A stretch of DNA of 64,000 bases. Source: Thermoplasmata archaeon (GTDB lineage: Archaea; Thermoplasmatota; Thermoplasmata; Lutacidiplasmatales; UBA184). Positions within the stretch are counted from its first letter, which is position 1; every line of letters starts with the position of its first letter. Location of the stretch: positions 3,005 through 67,004 of the forward strand of contig JAKIWQ010000006.1 in the NCBI GenBank assembly GCA_022749935.1. The letters are read 5' to 3'. A program made the position numbers and the translations under genes. Shown here one piece after another: positions 43,840-52,712 of the stretch. The notes beneath the pieces are model-generated. The model was given only the letters and a program-made list of their open reading frames with translations, was not told where the DNA came from and did not search any database.

Positions 43840-44472
43840 ATGAAACGGCAACCCGACCCCTCTTCGAGATTTCTCCTGCGCCGCGCCAGACCCGCCGACC
43901 TGGCAGTCTTGACCACGCACCGGCAGGACATGTGGCGGACGATCGGTCATCACACGGTCCACGAGATTGAGACGCATGCCCGACCCTACCGCCGTTGGCT
44001 ACGCCCTCGGCTCTGGACGGGCGAAGTGGTCGCGTACGTCGGGACCGTGCGGGGGCGGGTGGTCGGCTCGGGCACCCTGTGGTTCATGCCGCAAGAACCG
44101 CGTCCAGGGAATCCGGGGGGAGTCCTTCCCTACATCATGTCCATGTACACCCGTCCCGACCACGAGCGACAGGGGATCGCCTCGGCCATCGTCCGACGAC
44201 TGATTCAGGAGGCGCGGAAAACCGGAGCGGGCCGGGTCACGTTGCACGCGGCGGATCGGGGCCGACCGGTGTACGAGCGCCTGGGGTTCGAACAGACCGC
44301 CGAAATGCGCCTGTGGCTCCGCCGACCCGCATGGGCTGGGCCGGCGCCGCGACCTCTCAAAGGCCGCGGACGCGCCGGATCTCCGCGGTCAGGGCCGGCA
44401 GGATCTGGAACAGGTCGCCGACGATCCCGTAGTCCGCGACCCGGAAGATCGGGGCGCTCGCGTCGGAGTTGA
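43840..44472 (+). CDS. GNAT-family N-acetyltransferase
   Basis: [46 protein letters not shown] is the acetyl-CoA binding core. The Arg/Gly/Ser tail overlaps the 3' end of etfA by 116 nt. Confidence 0.78.
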   Translation: MKRQPDPSSRFLLRRARPADLAVLTTHRQDMWRTIGHHTVHEIETHARPYRRWLRPRLWTGEVVAYVGTVRGRVVGSGTLWFMPQEPRPGNPGGVLPYIMSMYTRPDHERQGIASAIVRRLIQEARKTGAGRVTLHAADRGRPVYERLGFEQTAEMRLWLRRPAWAGPAPRPLKGRGRAGSPRSGPAGSGTGRRRSRSPRPGRSGRSRRS

Positions 44473-45343
44473 TCGCGACGATCACCCGGGAGCTCAGCAT
44501 CCCGACCAGATGCTGGATCGCGCCCGAGATCCCGACCGCGATGTAAAGTTGCGGCGAGACCGAGCGGCCCGTCTGGCCGACCTGAAAGGACGACGGTCGC
44601 CAACCGGCGTCGGTGACGGCGCGGGAGGCACCGACCGCTGCCCCCAGGGCCGCCGCCAACTCCTCGACGAGGTGAAAATTCTCGGCGGTTCGGACCCCTC
44701 TCCCGCCGGAGACGACAATCGAAGCGTCCCCCAGGGAGGGTCCTACGCCTTCCGAGGTGGGTTCGAGGGCCGTGCGCCGCGCCACCAGGAGTCCGGGAGG
44801 AAGCGATGGTAGTGGGACTTCCTCGATGTTGGAAGGGACCGCCGCGTCGGGCGGCACCGGGAATGTGTGGGGACGTAGCGCGAGCACGAAGCGAGGGCCA
44901 TCGAGTCGGCGGGTCTCGGTGGCGCGGCCCCCGAAGATGGGGCGACGGACGTGGAGGGCGTCCCCCTCTTTCCGGACCTCGGTGACGGAGGAGGCCGCCG
45001 AGGCGTTCCACCGGATGGCCAATCGTCCGACCAACTCGCGCCCGAACGTCGTGCCTCCGACGAGGACGGTGTCGGCCCCCACTCGCTCCGCGGCCGCGGC
45101 GACGGCGTGCGCGGTCGCCGCGACCAGAGCGGTGTCGAGCGTCGCGTCCGTCACGACGACCACGCGGGCCACCCCTACGTGAGAAAACTCGTCCGCGACC
45201 GATCGAGCCGAACTGCCGGCGACGAACCCGATTACCGGAGCCTGACCCGCAGCGAGGTGTTGACCGACGGTGATGCATTCCAGGGTCGGACTGGTAAGGT
45301 GACCGGCTTGCACCTCCCCGACGACGAGGATGGGTGCGGTCAT
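44357..45343 (-). CDS. etfA: Electron transfer flavoprotein, alpha subunit
   Basis: 328 aa with C-terminal FAD domain VVSGGRGV...[33 protein letters not shown] overlap with the etfB stop. Confidence 0.9.
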   Translation of the reverse strand: MTAPILVVGEVQAGHLTSPTLECITVGQHLAAGQAPVIGFVAGSSARSVADEFSHVGVARVVVVTDATLDTALVAATAHAVAAAAERVGADTVLVGGTTFGRELVGRLAIRWNASAASSVTEVRKEGDALHVRRPIFGGRATETRRLDGPRFVLALRPHTFPVPPDAAVPSNIEEVPLPSLPPGLLVARRTALEPTSEGVGPSLGDASIVVSGGRGVRTAENFHLVEELAAALGAAVGASRAVTDAGWRPSSFQVGQTGRSVSPQLYIAVGISGAIQHLVGMLSSRVIVAINSDASAPIFRVADYGIVGDLFQILPALTAEIRRVRGL

Positions 45344-46119
45344 GGGAACACCTTCGCTTCCTCACGGAGGAGGCGTACGAGTTGCTGGGCCGCCTCGGCC
45401 GGCGTCTTGTACTCGATCATCCGCGCCCCGGTCCGCGGGGCCGGGAGTTCGAATCTCTCCGACTCGCTCCGGGGTCCGGCGGGCACTGGTTCGAGCGGAC
45501 GCCTGGCGATCGTGGCTTTCCGGGATCGGAGGATATTCGGGAGCTTGGCCGTACGCGGATCATTCCATGCTTGTTGGAGGCCCATGACACAAGGACCCGA
45601 AGACTCCCAGCGTTCCCCGCCCTCCTCCGTAGACCGGAGGAACCGGAACCGAGACGTTCCGGCGTCCCATCGGAGGTCGACCACGGAACTGAACTCGGGG
45701 AGCGAGAGCAGCTCCCCTAGAGCGGGCGGGACGAGTCCGGCTTCGTCGTCTCCGGCCTGCTTCCCGCACAGGATGAGGTCGTGGGGTACCGACGTGATGG
45801 CCGCGGCGAGAGCGCGGGCCGCGGCGATCGGGTCGAGCGCCGTCCCGGGAGGGGCCTCGACCCAGGTCGCGAGGTCCGCTCCCAACGCGATGGCCGCCCG
45901 AAGGACTTCCTCCGTTCGAGGGCCGGGCCCGTACGAGACGGCGTGTACCCTCGAGCCGGCGATAGACTCCTTCAGCAGGAGGGCCTGCTCGAGAGCGGAT
46001 TCGTCATAACCGGCCAGGACGAACTTGACGCCTTCCGAGTCGAGGGCACGGCCGTCCGTGGCCGCCCTGAGCCGGGTCTCGGCTTCGGGAACGGGCTTCA
46101 GGCAGACGACGATCTCCAA
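45340..46119 (-). CDS. etfB: Electron transfer flavoprotein, beta subunit
   Basis: MEIVVCLKPVPE...VKFVLAGYDESALEQAL...LILCGKQAGDDEAG. TTG start preceded by AGAGGGGG, 15 nt after the ACAD stop. Confidence 0.9.
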   Translation of the reverse strand: MEIVVCLKPVPEAETRLRAATDGRALDSEGVKFVLAGYDESALEQALLLKESIAGSRVHAVSYGPGPRTEEVLRAAIALGADLATWVEAPPGTALDPIAAARALAAAITSVPHDLILCGKQAGDDEAGLVPPALGELLSLPEFSSVVDLRWDAGTSRFRFLRSTEEGGERWESSGPCVMGLQQAWNDPRTAKLPNILRSRKATIARRPLEPVPAGPRSESERFELPAPRTGARMIEYKTPAEAAQQLVRLLREEAKVFP

Positions 46120-46134
46120 GGGCCCCCTCTGGGA

Positions 46135-47283
46135 TCAGGCGTACTGACGGAGGAGCTCGCGGGCGATGACCGTCCGCTGGATCTCGTTGGCCCCTTCGTA
46201 GATCTGGGTGAGCTTCGCGTCGCGAAGGAGCTTCTCCACGGGATACTCCTTCATGTACCCGTACCCGCCGAAGGTCTGGATCGCTTCGTCGGCCACATGG
46301 AGCGCCGCGTCGGATGCAAAACACTTGGCGATGGAGGATTCCAGCGTTCCCTTCGAGCCGTGGTCGATCGTCCACGCCGCATGCCACGTCAGAAGTCGGG
46401 CGGCATGGATGGACTGGGCCATGTTGGCCAGCTTGATCTGGATCGCCTGGTGTTCGCTGATCGGCTTGCCAAACGAGTGTCGCTTGAGCGAGTAGGCGGC
46501 CGCGTGGTCGAGCGCGGCCTGGGCGATCCCAGTGGCGAGGGCTCCGATGGGGGTCCGGGTCTGGTCGAGCGTACGCATCGCGATCGAGAACCCGTCCCCT
46601 TCTCCCCCGAGCCGGTCGACGACGGGAACCCGCACCCCCTCAAACCGGACCGTGCTGGTGGACGACGCACGATGTCCCATCTTCTCCTCGTCCTTTCCCG
46701 TGGTCAATCCTTCGGTCTCCCGCGGAACGACGAACGCGGTGATCCCCTTGTACCTCAGGTCCGGGTCTACCGTCGCGAAGACCGTGTAGAGTGAGGCGTG
46801 GGGTGCATTCGTAATGAAGCACTTCTCACCGTCGAGTAGATAGTGGTCCCCGTCCTTCCGGGCCCGCGTCTTCAGGCTACCCGCATCGCTGCCGCCCGCG
46901 GGCTCGGTCAGGCAGAAGGAGGCAAAGTGATACTGCGCGCAGAAGGGCGTCAGGAAGCGTTCCTTCTGCTCCGGAGTACCGCCGAGGATGATCGGTTCGA
47001 GAGCCAGGCAGTTGGCGATCACCGAGGTGGTCATCCCTCCGCACGCGTGGGCGAGCTCCTCGACGATCAGGCACTGTTCGAGGACCCCGAGGCCGCTCCC
47101 GCCGTACTCCGTCGGGACGTTGAGATTCATGAGGCCGAGCTCGTAGGCCTTCCGGTAGATCTCGTCGGGGAACCGGGCGGCCTTGTCACACTCCGCGGCG
47201 TGCGGCGCCATCTCGGTGCGGGCGAACTTCCGAGCCATGTCCCGGAGGCTTTCCTGCTCCGCGGACAACGAGAAATCGGGCAT
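46135..47283 (-). CDS. Acyl-CoA dehydrogenase (short/medium-chain type)
   Basis: 382 aa from ATG 47283: [21 protein letters not shown]..., [48 protein letters not shown]. Confidence 0.9.
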   Translation of the reverse strand: MPDFSLSAEQESLRDMARKFARTEMAPHAAECDKAARFPDEIYRKAYELGLMNLNVPTEYGGSGLGVLEQCLIVEELAHACGGMTTSVIANCLALEPIILGGTPEQKERFLTPFCAQYHFASFCLTEPAGGSDAGSLKTRARKDGDHYLLDGEKCFITNAPHASLYTVFATVDPDLRYKGITAFVVPRETEGLTTGKDEEKMGHRASSTSTVRFEGVRVPVVDRLGGEGDGFSIAMRTLDQTRTPIGALATGIAQAALDHAAAYSLKRHSFGKPISEHQAIQIKLANMAQSIHAARLLTWHAAWTIDHGSKGTLESSIAKCFASDAALHVADEAIQTFGGYGYMKEYPVEKLLRDAKLTQIYEGANEIQRTVIARELLRQYA

Positions 47284-47315
47284 TTTGGGAAGGACCGGCG
47301 TGCCACCGGAACGCG

Positions 47316-47323
47316 CTATATCA
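47316..47323 (+). promoter_or_regulatory. TATA-like box (CTATATCA) in the 60-bp divergent ACAD / larB intergenic region
   Basis: About 25 nt upstream of the larB GTG 47344 and about 36 nt upstream of ACAD ATG 47283 on the other strand. Confidence 0.4.
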
Positions 47324-47343
47324 CGGCTTGGGTCCTGCACCCC

Positions 47344-48105
47344 GTGACACGAGCTCGACGAGGGGCGAACCGACGCCCGACCGACCGGGAACTTCGCGTC
47401 GGCGCCGTTGCCAAGGTCGATCGCGACCGAGCACTTCGGGTGGGAGTCCCTGAGATCGTTCTCGGGGAAGGAAAGAGCGTCGAGCATTTGGTCGGGATCC
47501 TCCGCGCACTCCGTAGCGCCGGTCTGGGAGCGATCGTTTCCCGACCCTCGGGAAGTCAACTTGGGGCGGTACCGGCGCTCCTTCGCGAAGGGGTGCCGAT
47601 TCGCGTCCTGGCGGACGGTCGAATCCTTCGCCTCGAAGGACCGTTGGGCGTGGAGTATCGTCGGGGACGGGTGGGGATTCTCACCGCGGGGACGAGCGAC
47701 GTTCCGTTCGCCGAGGAAGCGCGGGTCGTCCTCGAAGAACTGGGCATCGAAGTCACCGTCGCGTACGACATCGGGGTGGCCGGCCTGCACCGACTCCTGC
47801 GCGCGTTGCGTTCGGTCGAGCGGAGAAGGCCCGAGCTCTACCTCGTGTTCGCGGGACGGGAGGGAGCCCTACCGACCGTGGTGGCAGGTCTGGTGCATGC
47901 ACCGGTGATCGGAGTGCCCACGTCGATCGGATACGGTAGAGGGGGTCGAGGGGAGGCAGCGTTGAACGCGATGCTCCAATCGTGCGCTCCGCTGGGGGTC
48001 ATGAACATCGATGCGGCCGTGCCGGCCGCACTCTTTGCCGCTCAGCACTTCGCACCGACGGGCCCTCGTCGGCTCCGGGGCGTGGGACCGCCCCGCCTAC
48101 GATGA
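47344..48105 (+). CDS. larB: LarB-type nickel-pincer cofactor biosynthesis protein (PurE-like)
   Basis: [49 protein letters not shown] and [10 protein letters not shown]. 253 aa from GTG 47344. The upstream part of the track ORF is antisense to the ACAD gene. Confidence 0.8.
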   Translation: MTRARRGANRRPTDRELRVGAVAKVDRDRALRVGVPEIVLGEGKSVEHLVGILRALRSAGLGAIVSRPSGSQLGAVPALLREGVPIRVLADGRILRLEGPLGVEYRRGRVGILTAGTSDVPFAEEARVVLEELGIEVTVAYDIGVAGLHRLLRALRSVERRRPELYLVFAGREGALPTVVAGLVHAPVIGVPTSIGYGRGGRGEAALNAMLQSCAPLGVMNIDAAVPAALFAAQHFAPTGPRRLRGVGPPRLR

Positions 48106-48767
48106 ACGACACCGACTCCGCCCCGGGTTGGCCGACGCTCGCCGCGCGGGCGAAGGGCTCGGAGCTGATCTATCGAGACGACCCAGAGCGGTTCTCCGGC
48201 CCTCCCAGTCGCTTTTGTGGTTGGGCGTTCGAGCAACTTCGGGCCCGATTCCCACGAGGACAGGTCCTCGAATTGGGGTGTGGCACCGGTCGGGACGCTC
48301 GCCGGTTCGCGGGGGCGGGGTACCAAGTAACGGCGGTCGATTACTCGGTCACGGCGATCGATCGCGCGCGGAGGCAGATCGACAACCCCCCGCTCATCCG
48401 ATTCCAGCGGACGGACGGGCTCACGGCCCTCCGCGATACGCTCCCCGACTCGCTCGATGCGGTCTACGCCCACGCGGTCTACATGATGCTCCCAGAGGAC
48501 GAGTTGAAAGCGATGTTCCAGGAAGTGCGACGGGTGCTCCACCCGGGGGGTCTGCACCTGTTTGCGGTCCGATCGATGACGGATCCGATCGCGGGCCAGG
48601 GGGAGTCGGTGGCTCCCGATGTCTGGCGCCGGACCCCAGGGTCCGCACCGTACCGGTTCTTCCGGCGGGAGACGATCGACGCGCTCACCGCCCTCGGGTT
48701 CGAGCGCGCGGCGACCGAGTTCCCGGCGGGGTTGCACTTTTGGTACGTGGCCGACCGACGCCCCTAG
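48102..48767 (+). CDS. Class I SAM-dependent methyltransferase
   Basis: VLELGCGTGRDARRFAGAGYQVTAVDYS motif I plus acidic loop. ATGA overlap with the larB stop. Confidence 0.8.
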   Translation: MNDTDSAPGWPTLAARAKGSELIYRDDPERFSGPPSRFCGWAFEQLRARFPRGQVLELGCGTGRDARRFAGAGYQVTAVDYSVTAIDRARRQIDNPPLIRFQRTDGLTALRDTLPDSLDAVYAHAVYMMLPEDELKAMFQEVRRVLHPGGLHLFAVRSMTDPIAGQGESVAPDVWRRTPGSAPYRFFRRETIDALTALGFERAATEFPAGLHFWYVADRRP

Positions 48768-48815
48768 CCGGGCGCCCGCGAAGGGCTTTTGTGGGCTGCG
48801 GTTCCTCGGTCGGAC

Positions 48816-49718
48816 ATGCCCCCCCGGGTCGTGCTCTCCGAAGAGGAGGAGCAGAAGGACCGGGACGACCGGGACCGCCTCCACGCGATGGAGGGGAAGT
48901 TCCGTTCTCTCGAGACGCGGCGGGGCGCGCTCATCGACGAGATGCATCGCCTCTCGTCCGAACAGAAGGCCCTCTACGACCGCCGCCAGGCCCCCCAGCA
49001 GGAGGTCGAGCGGATCTACGACGAGCACGGGGCCCTCGGGAAGAAGCTCAACGACCTACGGACGGCCCGGGAGAAGGCCCGCCGTCACCTCGACGCCGCG
49101 ATGATCGCGCTCCGGGAGCTCCGGCTCTCCTTCCCTGCGTCCGAACGGGTCCGTCCGGAGCAATTGCGGAAGGAGATCGCCGAACTCGAGCATAAGCAGC
49201 AGACCTCGGCGATCCCCATCGATGAGGAGAACGCCCTCGTGGAACGGATCCGGGAACGCACGCGGGAGCTCAAAGGAGCCGAGTCTCGGGCGGCGGCCAT
49301 CGCCGAGCACGAAAAGCAGCACAAGGAAGCGGAAGCCCGGGTGCGGGCGTGCCGGGGCGAGGTCGACCGCCTCGGCGCGGAGTTCTCCCAGGCCAAGGCG
49401 GACCGCGACGCGATGATGGCCTCCATTCGCACGAAGCTGGAGGCGGCCGGAAGTCTGGTCGCCGAGATGCGCGCCAAGGGGAAGGCGCGGGCCGAGCTTA
49501 TCGAGAAGATCGACGGGATGAGCGGTGAGATGGCGACCCTCGACCAGGAGGCCCGCCGGATCTTCGCGGAGGGGCGCTCGCGTCGCGAAGAAGCCCAACG
49601 GACCTTACGAGCCTACACGCGTCCCCGCGGACGGAGCAACGATGAAGTTACCACGAGCCTGGCCGACGCCCAGCTGCAAGAGCTCCTGAAGCGGGGGAAG
49701 ATCACCCTCGGCGGTTGA
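48816..49718 (+). CDS. Archaeal coiled-coil protein (COG1340-like)
   Basis: About 300 aa of nearly continuous charged heptad-like sequence (E/R/K/A/L rich) ending LQELLKRGKITLGG. ATG 48816. Confidence 0.6.
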   Translation: MPPRVVLSEEEEQKDRDDRDRLHAMEGKFRSLETRRGALIDEMHRLSSEQKALYDRRQAPQQEVERIYDEHGALGKKLNDLRTAREKARRHLDAAMIALRELRLSFPASERVRPEQLRKEIAELEHKQQTSAIPIDEENALVERIRERTRELKGAESRAAAIAEHEKQHKEAEARVRACRGEVDRLGAEFSQAKADRDAMMASIRTKLEAAGSLVAEMRAKGKARAELIEKIDGMSGEMATLDQEARRIFAEGRSRREEAQRTLRAYTRPRGRSNDEVTTSLADAQLQELLKRGKITLGG

Positions 49719-49751
49719 GCCGTTCCCGGCGGGCCCCGCGGGACGGGCCGT

Positions 49752-50690
49752 CTACCCTTTCAGAATATTCACAATCGTCACTTGGAAGAGAAGGGTCTGG
49801 CCCGTGACCTCACTGTTCCAGTTGATCGTAAACGTCCCCGCGACCGAATTGACGCTCAAGATCTCGTAGTGCATGTCGGTGGACTGCGACCCGGGCGGGC
49901 AGGCCCGGGCCGAAGGGAACGTGCCGAGGACGCGCCCGTAGTTCGAGGTCGTGATATCGACCTGGACCGAGATCGTGGTGGTTGTGACCTGGGTGACCGT
50001 GATGTTCCACGCGCCCGAGGGCGTGGTCTCGCCGACGCTGGTCAGATGCTCGACGGCGACCGCCGTGGAGTTCACGCTCAGCACGAGGTCGGTCCAGCCG
50101 TACGTCGGGTCGGTGAACGTAGTCCCGGCGGACAAGGTGGCTCCGGGGAAGCGGACCGTGAAATTGGACGCCGGAACGACGATAACGACCGGCACGCTGA
50201 ACGCGAGCGGGAACGTCTCCGTGCAGGCGGGGTTGATGGCTCCGTAGCCGAGCGCCGGCGGGATGACGAGGAATCGGGTCTGGTTACCCGACATCCCGAC
50301 CAACCCCTGCCAGAAGCCCGTGACCGTCGAACCGAACGTCGAGTTCCCGATGGTGTACTGACCCGACCCCCCCACATGGACATCGAGCGGCTTGTAGGTG
50401 GTGGGCGAACCCCCGTGGGTCGAGGCGAACTGGAGCGACTTGGGGTAGGTCGCGTTGTTCTGGTACACGTTGAACAACGAGGTATCGAAGGTGCGGCCGG
50501 CCTGGGGTCCACTTCCGAAGCTGCCGATGTAGTTCACGCTGACGTTGTCCCCGACCTGGACGGTCGGGAAGGGCGCCTTCGCCTTCGGCACGAGCAGGTA
50601 GTTCGCGCCCCAGACCCCGAGGGCCGCCGCCACCAAGGTGATCACGACGAGCACGACGAGGAGTATGCGGGAGGGTCCAGGTTCGGGCAT
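49752..50690 (-). CDS. Membrane-anchored extracytoplasmic FKBP-type peptidyl-prolyl isomerase with a beta-rich C-terminal domain
   Basis: N-terminal anchor ILLVVLVVITLVAAALGVW. FKBP core VGDNVSVNYIGSF...GRTFDTS...GFWQGLVGMSGNQTRFLVIPPALGYG. Several N-x-S/T sequons. Confidence 0.7.
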   Translation of the reverse strand: MPEPGPSRILLVVLVVITLVAAALGVWGANYLLVPKAKAPFPTVQVGDNVSVNYIGSFGSGPQAGRTFDTSLFNVYQNNATYPKSLQFASTHGGSPTTYKPLDVHVGGSGQYTIGNSTFGSTVTGFWQGLVGMSGNQTRFLVIPPALGYGAINPACTETFPLAFSVPVVIVVPASNFTVRFPGATLSAGTTFTDPTYGWTDLVLSVNSTAVAVEHLTSVGETTPSGAWNITVTQVTTTTISVQVDITTSNYGRVLGTFPSARACPPGSQSTDMHYEILSVNSVAGTFTINWNSEVTGQTLLFQVTIVNILKG

Positions 50691-50863
50691 CGTTCTCGCG
50701 GTTTGAAGAGTTGGGGGTCAGTTCGTCGCAGGTCTCGTCACCGAATCGGAGAGACAGGTGGTCCTCATTCCCCCGCGCCCCGAGCCCGGGTCCGATATAA
50801 ATGCTCGCGACGGCGAGATCCGACCGGAGTAGGAGAACCCGGTCCCGCGACACGCCGGAAGGC

Positions 50864-51223
50864 CTAGCGTGAGAGCGACCCGGGCCGCTCGTTGGGGTTC
50901 GTTGACGCGGGAGCTGGGGGGACTCGACGCAACGCACGGAGAACGAGGAGTCCGATCACGGCCGCCACGAGGGACAACGCCACAATGAGAATTGCCCGCG
51001 CCCAGTCCGACGGACCGGCGCCCTGAAAACAGAATTGGGTTCCGGAGGAGCCGCACGACGTCGTCCCAGTTTGCTCACCCGAGCCGCTCGCGTTGACGAC
51101 CGACTCCAACCACGCCGCCTGCCAGGCGATTCCGATGATCCCGAGAAGGATGAGGATCACGGCCGAAAGGAGCAGTACCTTCTCACGGCCCGGCCGACGA
51201 ACCATCGCGCAGTCCATGGACAT
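50864..51223 (-). CDS. 119-aa two-TM membrane protein, function unknown
   Basis: VLLLSAVILILLGIIGIAW and AILIVALSLVAAVIGLLVL flank a Cys/Gly/Ser loop (TTSCGSSGTQFCF). Confidence 0.5.
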   Translation of the reverse strand: MSMDCAMVRRPGREKVLLLSAVILILLGIIGIAWQAAWLESVVNASGSGEQTGTTSCGSSGTQFCFQGAGPSDWARAILIVALSLVAAVIGLLVLRALRRVPPAPASTNPNERPGSLSR

Positions 51224-51269
51224 CCACCTGATAATGTTTATCCATGAAATAATTAGTATACCACGAATA

Positions 51270-51284
51270 TTAGGCAGAGGCTAA
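51270..51284. promoter_or_regulatory. Imperfect inverted repeat TTAGGCAGAGGCTAA, candidate DtxR-family operator
   Basis: 5 of 7 symmetric pairs (TTAGnC-n3-GnCTAA). It abuts the TATA-like box of the regulator gene and resembles the TTAGG...CCTAA arms of DtxR/IdeR boxes. Confidence 0.35.
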
Positions 51285-51286
51285 GT

Positions 51287-51294
51287 GTAATATC
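51287..51294 (+). promoter_or_regulatory. TATA-like box (GTAATATC) for the DtxR-family regulator gene
   Basis: Centred 27-28 nt upstream of ATG 51318, within a 94-bp A/T-rich divergent intergenic region. Confidence 0.5.
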
Positions 51295-51317
51295 CCCCGG
51301 CCGGTTCTGTTTCTCAT

Positions 51318-51761
51318 ATGGAAACACTCCAGCGTCTGACCCGGCGCCAGCTCGTCACTCTGCAATCGGTAGGGTCGCTGGCAACCGGAGAGCGTGGTGT
51401 GCCCCTCAAACGTCTCGCCCGATCGTTGCACGTCCAGCCGCCTACCGCCCTCGCCCACATCACCGTCCTCGAAGGACTCGGACTTGTGGCGAGGAGTCGG
51501 GGGAAGACCCAGCTCTCCCGGCGGGGCGTCACGACGTTGAGGGAATACGTGCGCCATCACCGGGTCGCCGAGACGCTGTTCTCGGAGGCCGGCCTTTCCC
51601 CCGAGGAGGCCTGCGTCGCGGCCCGTGAGGTCGACCTGGCGATCAGCCATGCCATGGTCGAGAAGGTCTGCGCCGTCGAGAACCACCCGGTACGGTGCCC
51701 TCATGGGGCACCGATCGACCCCTGTGACCTTCGTCCCGGAACGGGGTCGTCCGGACGCTAG
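51318..51761 (+). CDS. DtxR/MntR-family metal-dependent transcriptional regulator
   Basis: wHTH LKRLARSLHVQPPTALAHITVLEGLGLV. Dimerisation/metal segment EYVRHHRVAETLF...ISHAMVEKV...CPHGAPI. 147 aa. Confidence 0.85.
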   Translation: METLQRLTRRQLVTLQSVGSLATGERGVPLKRLARSLHVQPPTALAHITVLEGLGLVARSRGKTQLSRRGVTTLREYVRHHRVAETLFSEAGLSPEEACVAAREVDLAISHAMVEKVCAVENHPVRCPHGAPIDPCDLRPGTGSSGR

Positions 51762-51770
51762 AGGCCGTCG

Positions 51771-52685
51771 ATGATCGGTAACTGGTTGGTCCTGGTCGCG
51801 TTCTGTCTCGGACTCGGGATGGTCCACGGCGTGATCCCGGATGAACACACATGGCCGATCACGTTCAACTACGCTGTCGGCGCGGCCTCGTCCAGGGGGG
51901 GACGGCGGGCCGGCATGTGGTTCTCGCTCGCGTTCACCGTGCAACGAGCCATCATGTCCGAATTCATGTTCCTCGCGTTCGCCCTCGTCCTGGCGTTCGA
52001 CCCAGCGGTCAATGGCCCGGTCTACCTCGCCGTCGGGGTGGCGATGGCGCTGGCGGGCTGGTTGATCCTGACCGGGCGAGAGAAGAGGTTCCTCCCGCAC
52101 ATGGCGTTCGCCTACAGGGGGTTCAAGCAGCACCAAGAGCACGAGAAGGAGGCGGAGAAGACCCTCCAGGCGGGACGGGACATGCCCGTTCACTGGTGCC
52201 TCATCCACGGGTTCATTTCCGGGTTCGGCCAAGATTCCGGGATCTTCACCATCGCGGTGTTCGTCGCGGCCATCGCCTCCCCGTCGTTCGCGGTAGGCTG
52301 GGTGCCCGGGGCGGCGTTCGGCGTGGGTACCTTCGCGGTCCTCATGCTTATCGGGATGTTCTTCGGGGGCGCACTGGACGTCGCCGGAAGATGGGGGAAG
52401 CGACGTGTGGCCCGGTTCGGCCAATTGGTCGGAGCCCGGAGCCTGGTCGCAGGAGGGCTTGTCTTCGTCGTCGCGGGGGCCCTCTTCATCCTCGGGTTCA
52501 GCGCCCTCATCGAACCCGTGATCGACTTCGGAACCCTGATCGTCGTGTTCTGCATGATCGGGGCCACGGTCCCGATCATCGTCTACACCTGGCGGCAGGT
52601 CAAGAACGACCGAAGCCTGGACCTGCCTCCGCCTCCAACAGAGCCCCCGGCGGATCCGCGTGCGTCGACGCCCGCGCTCGTGTGA
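51771..52685 (+). CDS. Polytopic membrane protein, putative divalent-metal transporter
   Basis: 6-8 hydrophobic helices. His/acidic motifs sit in helices (HGVIPDEHTWP; HWCLIHGFISGFGQDSG) and a His/Glu-rich cytoplasmic loop (KQHQEHEKEAEK). It lies 9 nt downstream of the DtxR-family gene. Family assignment is uncertain. Confidence 0.5.
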   Translation: MIGNWLVLVAFCLGLGMVHGVIPDEHTWPITFNYAVGAASSRGGRRAGMWFSLAFTVQRAIMSEFMFLAFALVLAFDPAVNGPVYLAVGVAMALAGWLILTGREKRFLPHMAFAYRGFKQHQEHEKEAEKTLQAGRDMPVHWCLIHGFISGFGQDSGIFTIAVFVAAIASPSFAVGWVPGAAFGVGTFAVLMLIGMFFGGALDVAGRWGKRRVARFGQLVGARSLVAGGLVFVVAGALFILGFSALIEPVIDFGTLIVVFCMIGATVPIIVYTWRQVKNDRSLDLPPPPTEPPADPRASTPALV

Positions 52686-52712
52686 CCTGTCACGCGAAAC
52701 TTCCGTCCTCCG

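Noticed and set aside
43820-44356. Search for a small ferredoxin-like fixX ORF after fixC
   Set aside because: The only coherent frame is the GNAT acetyltransferase. No Cys-cluster-containing small ORF was seen in any frame.
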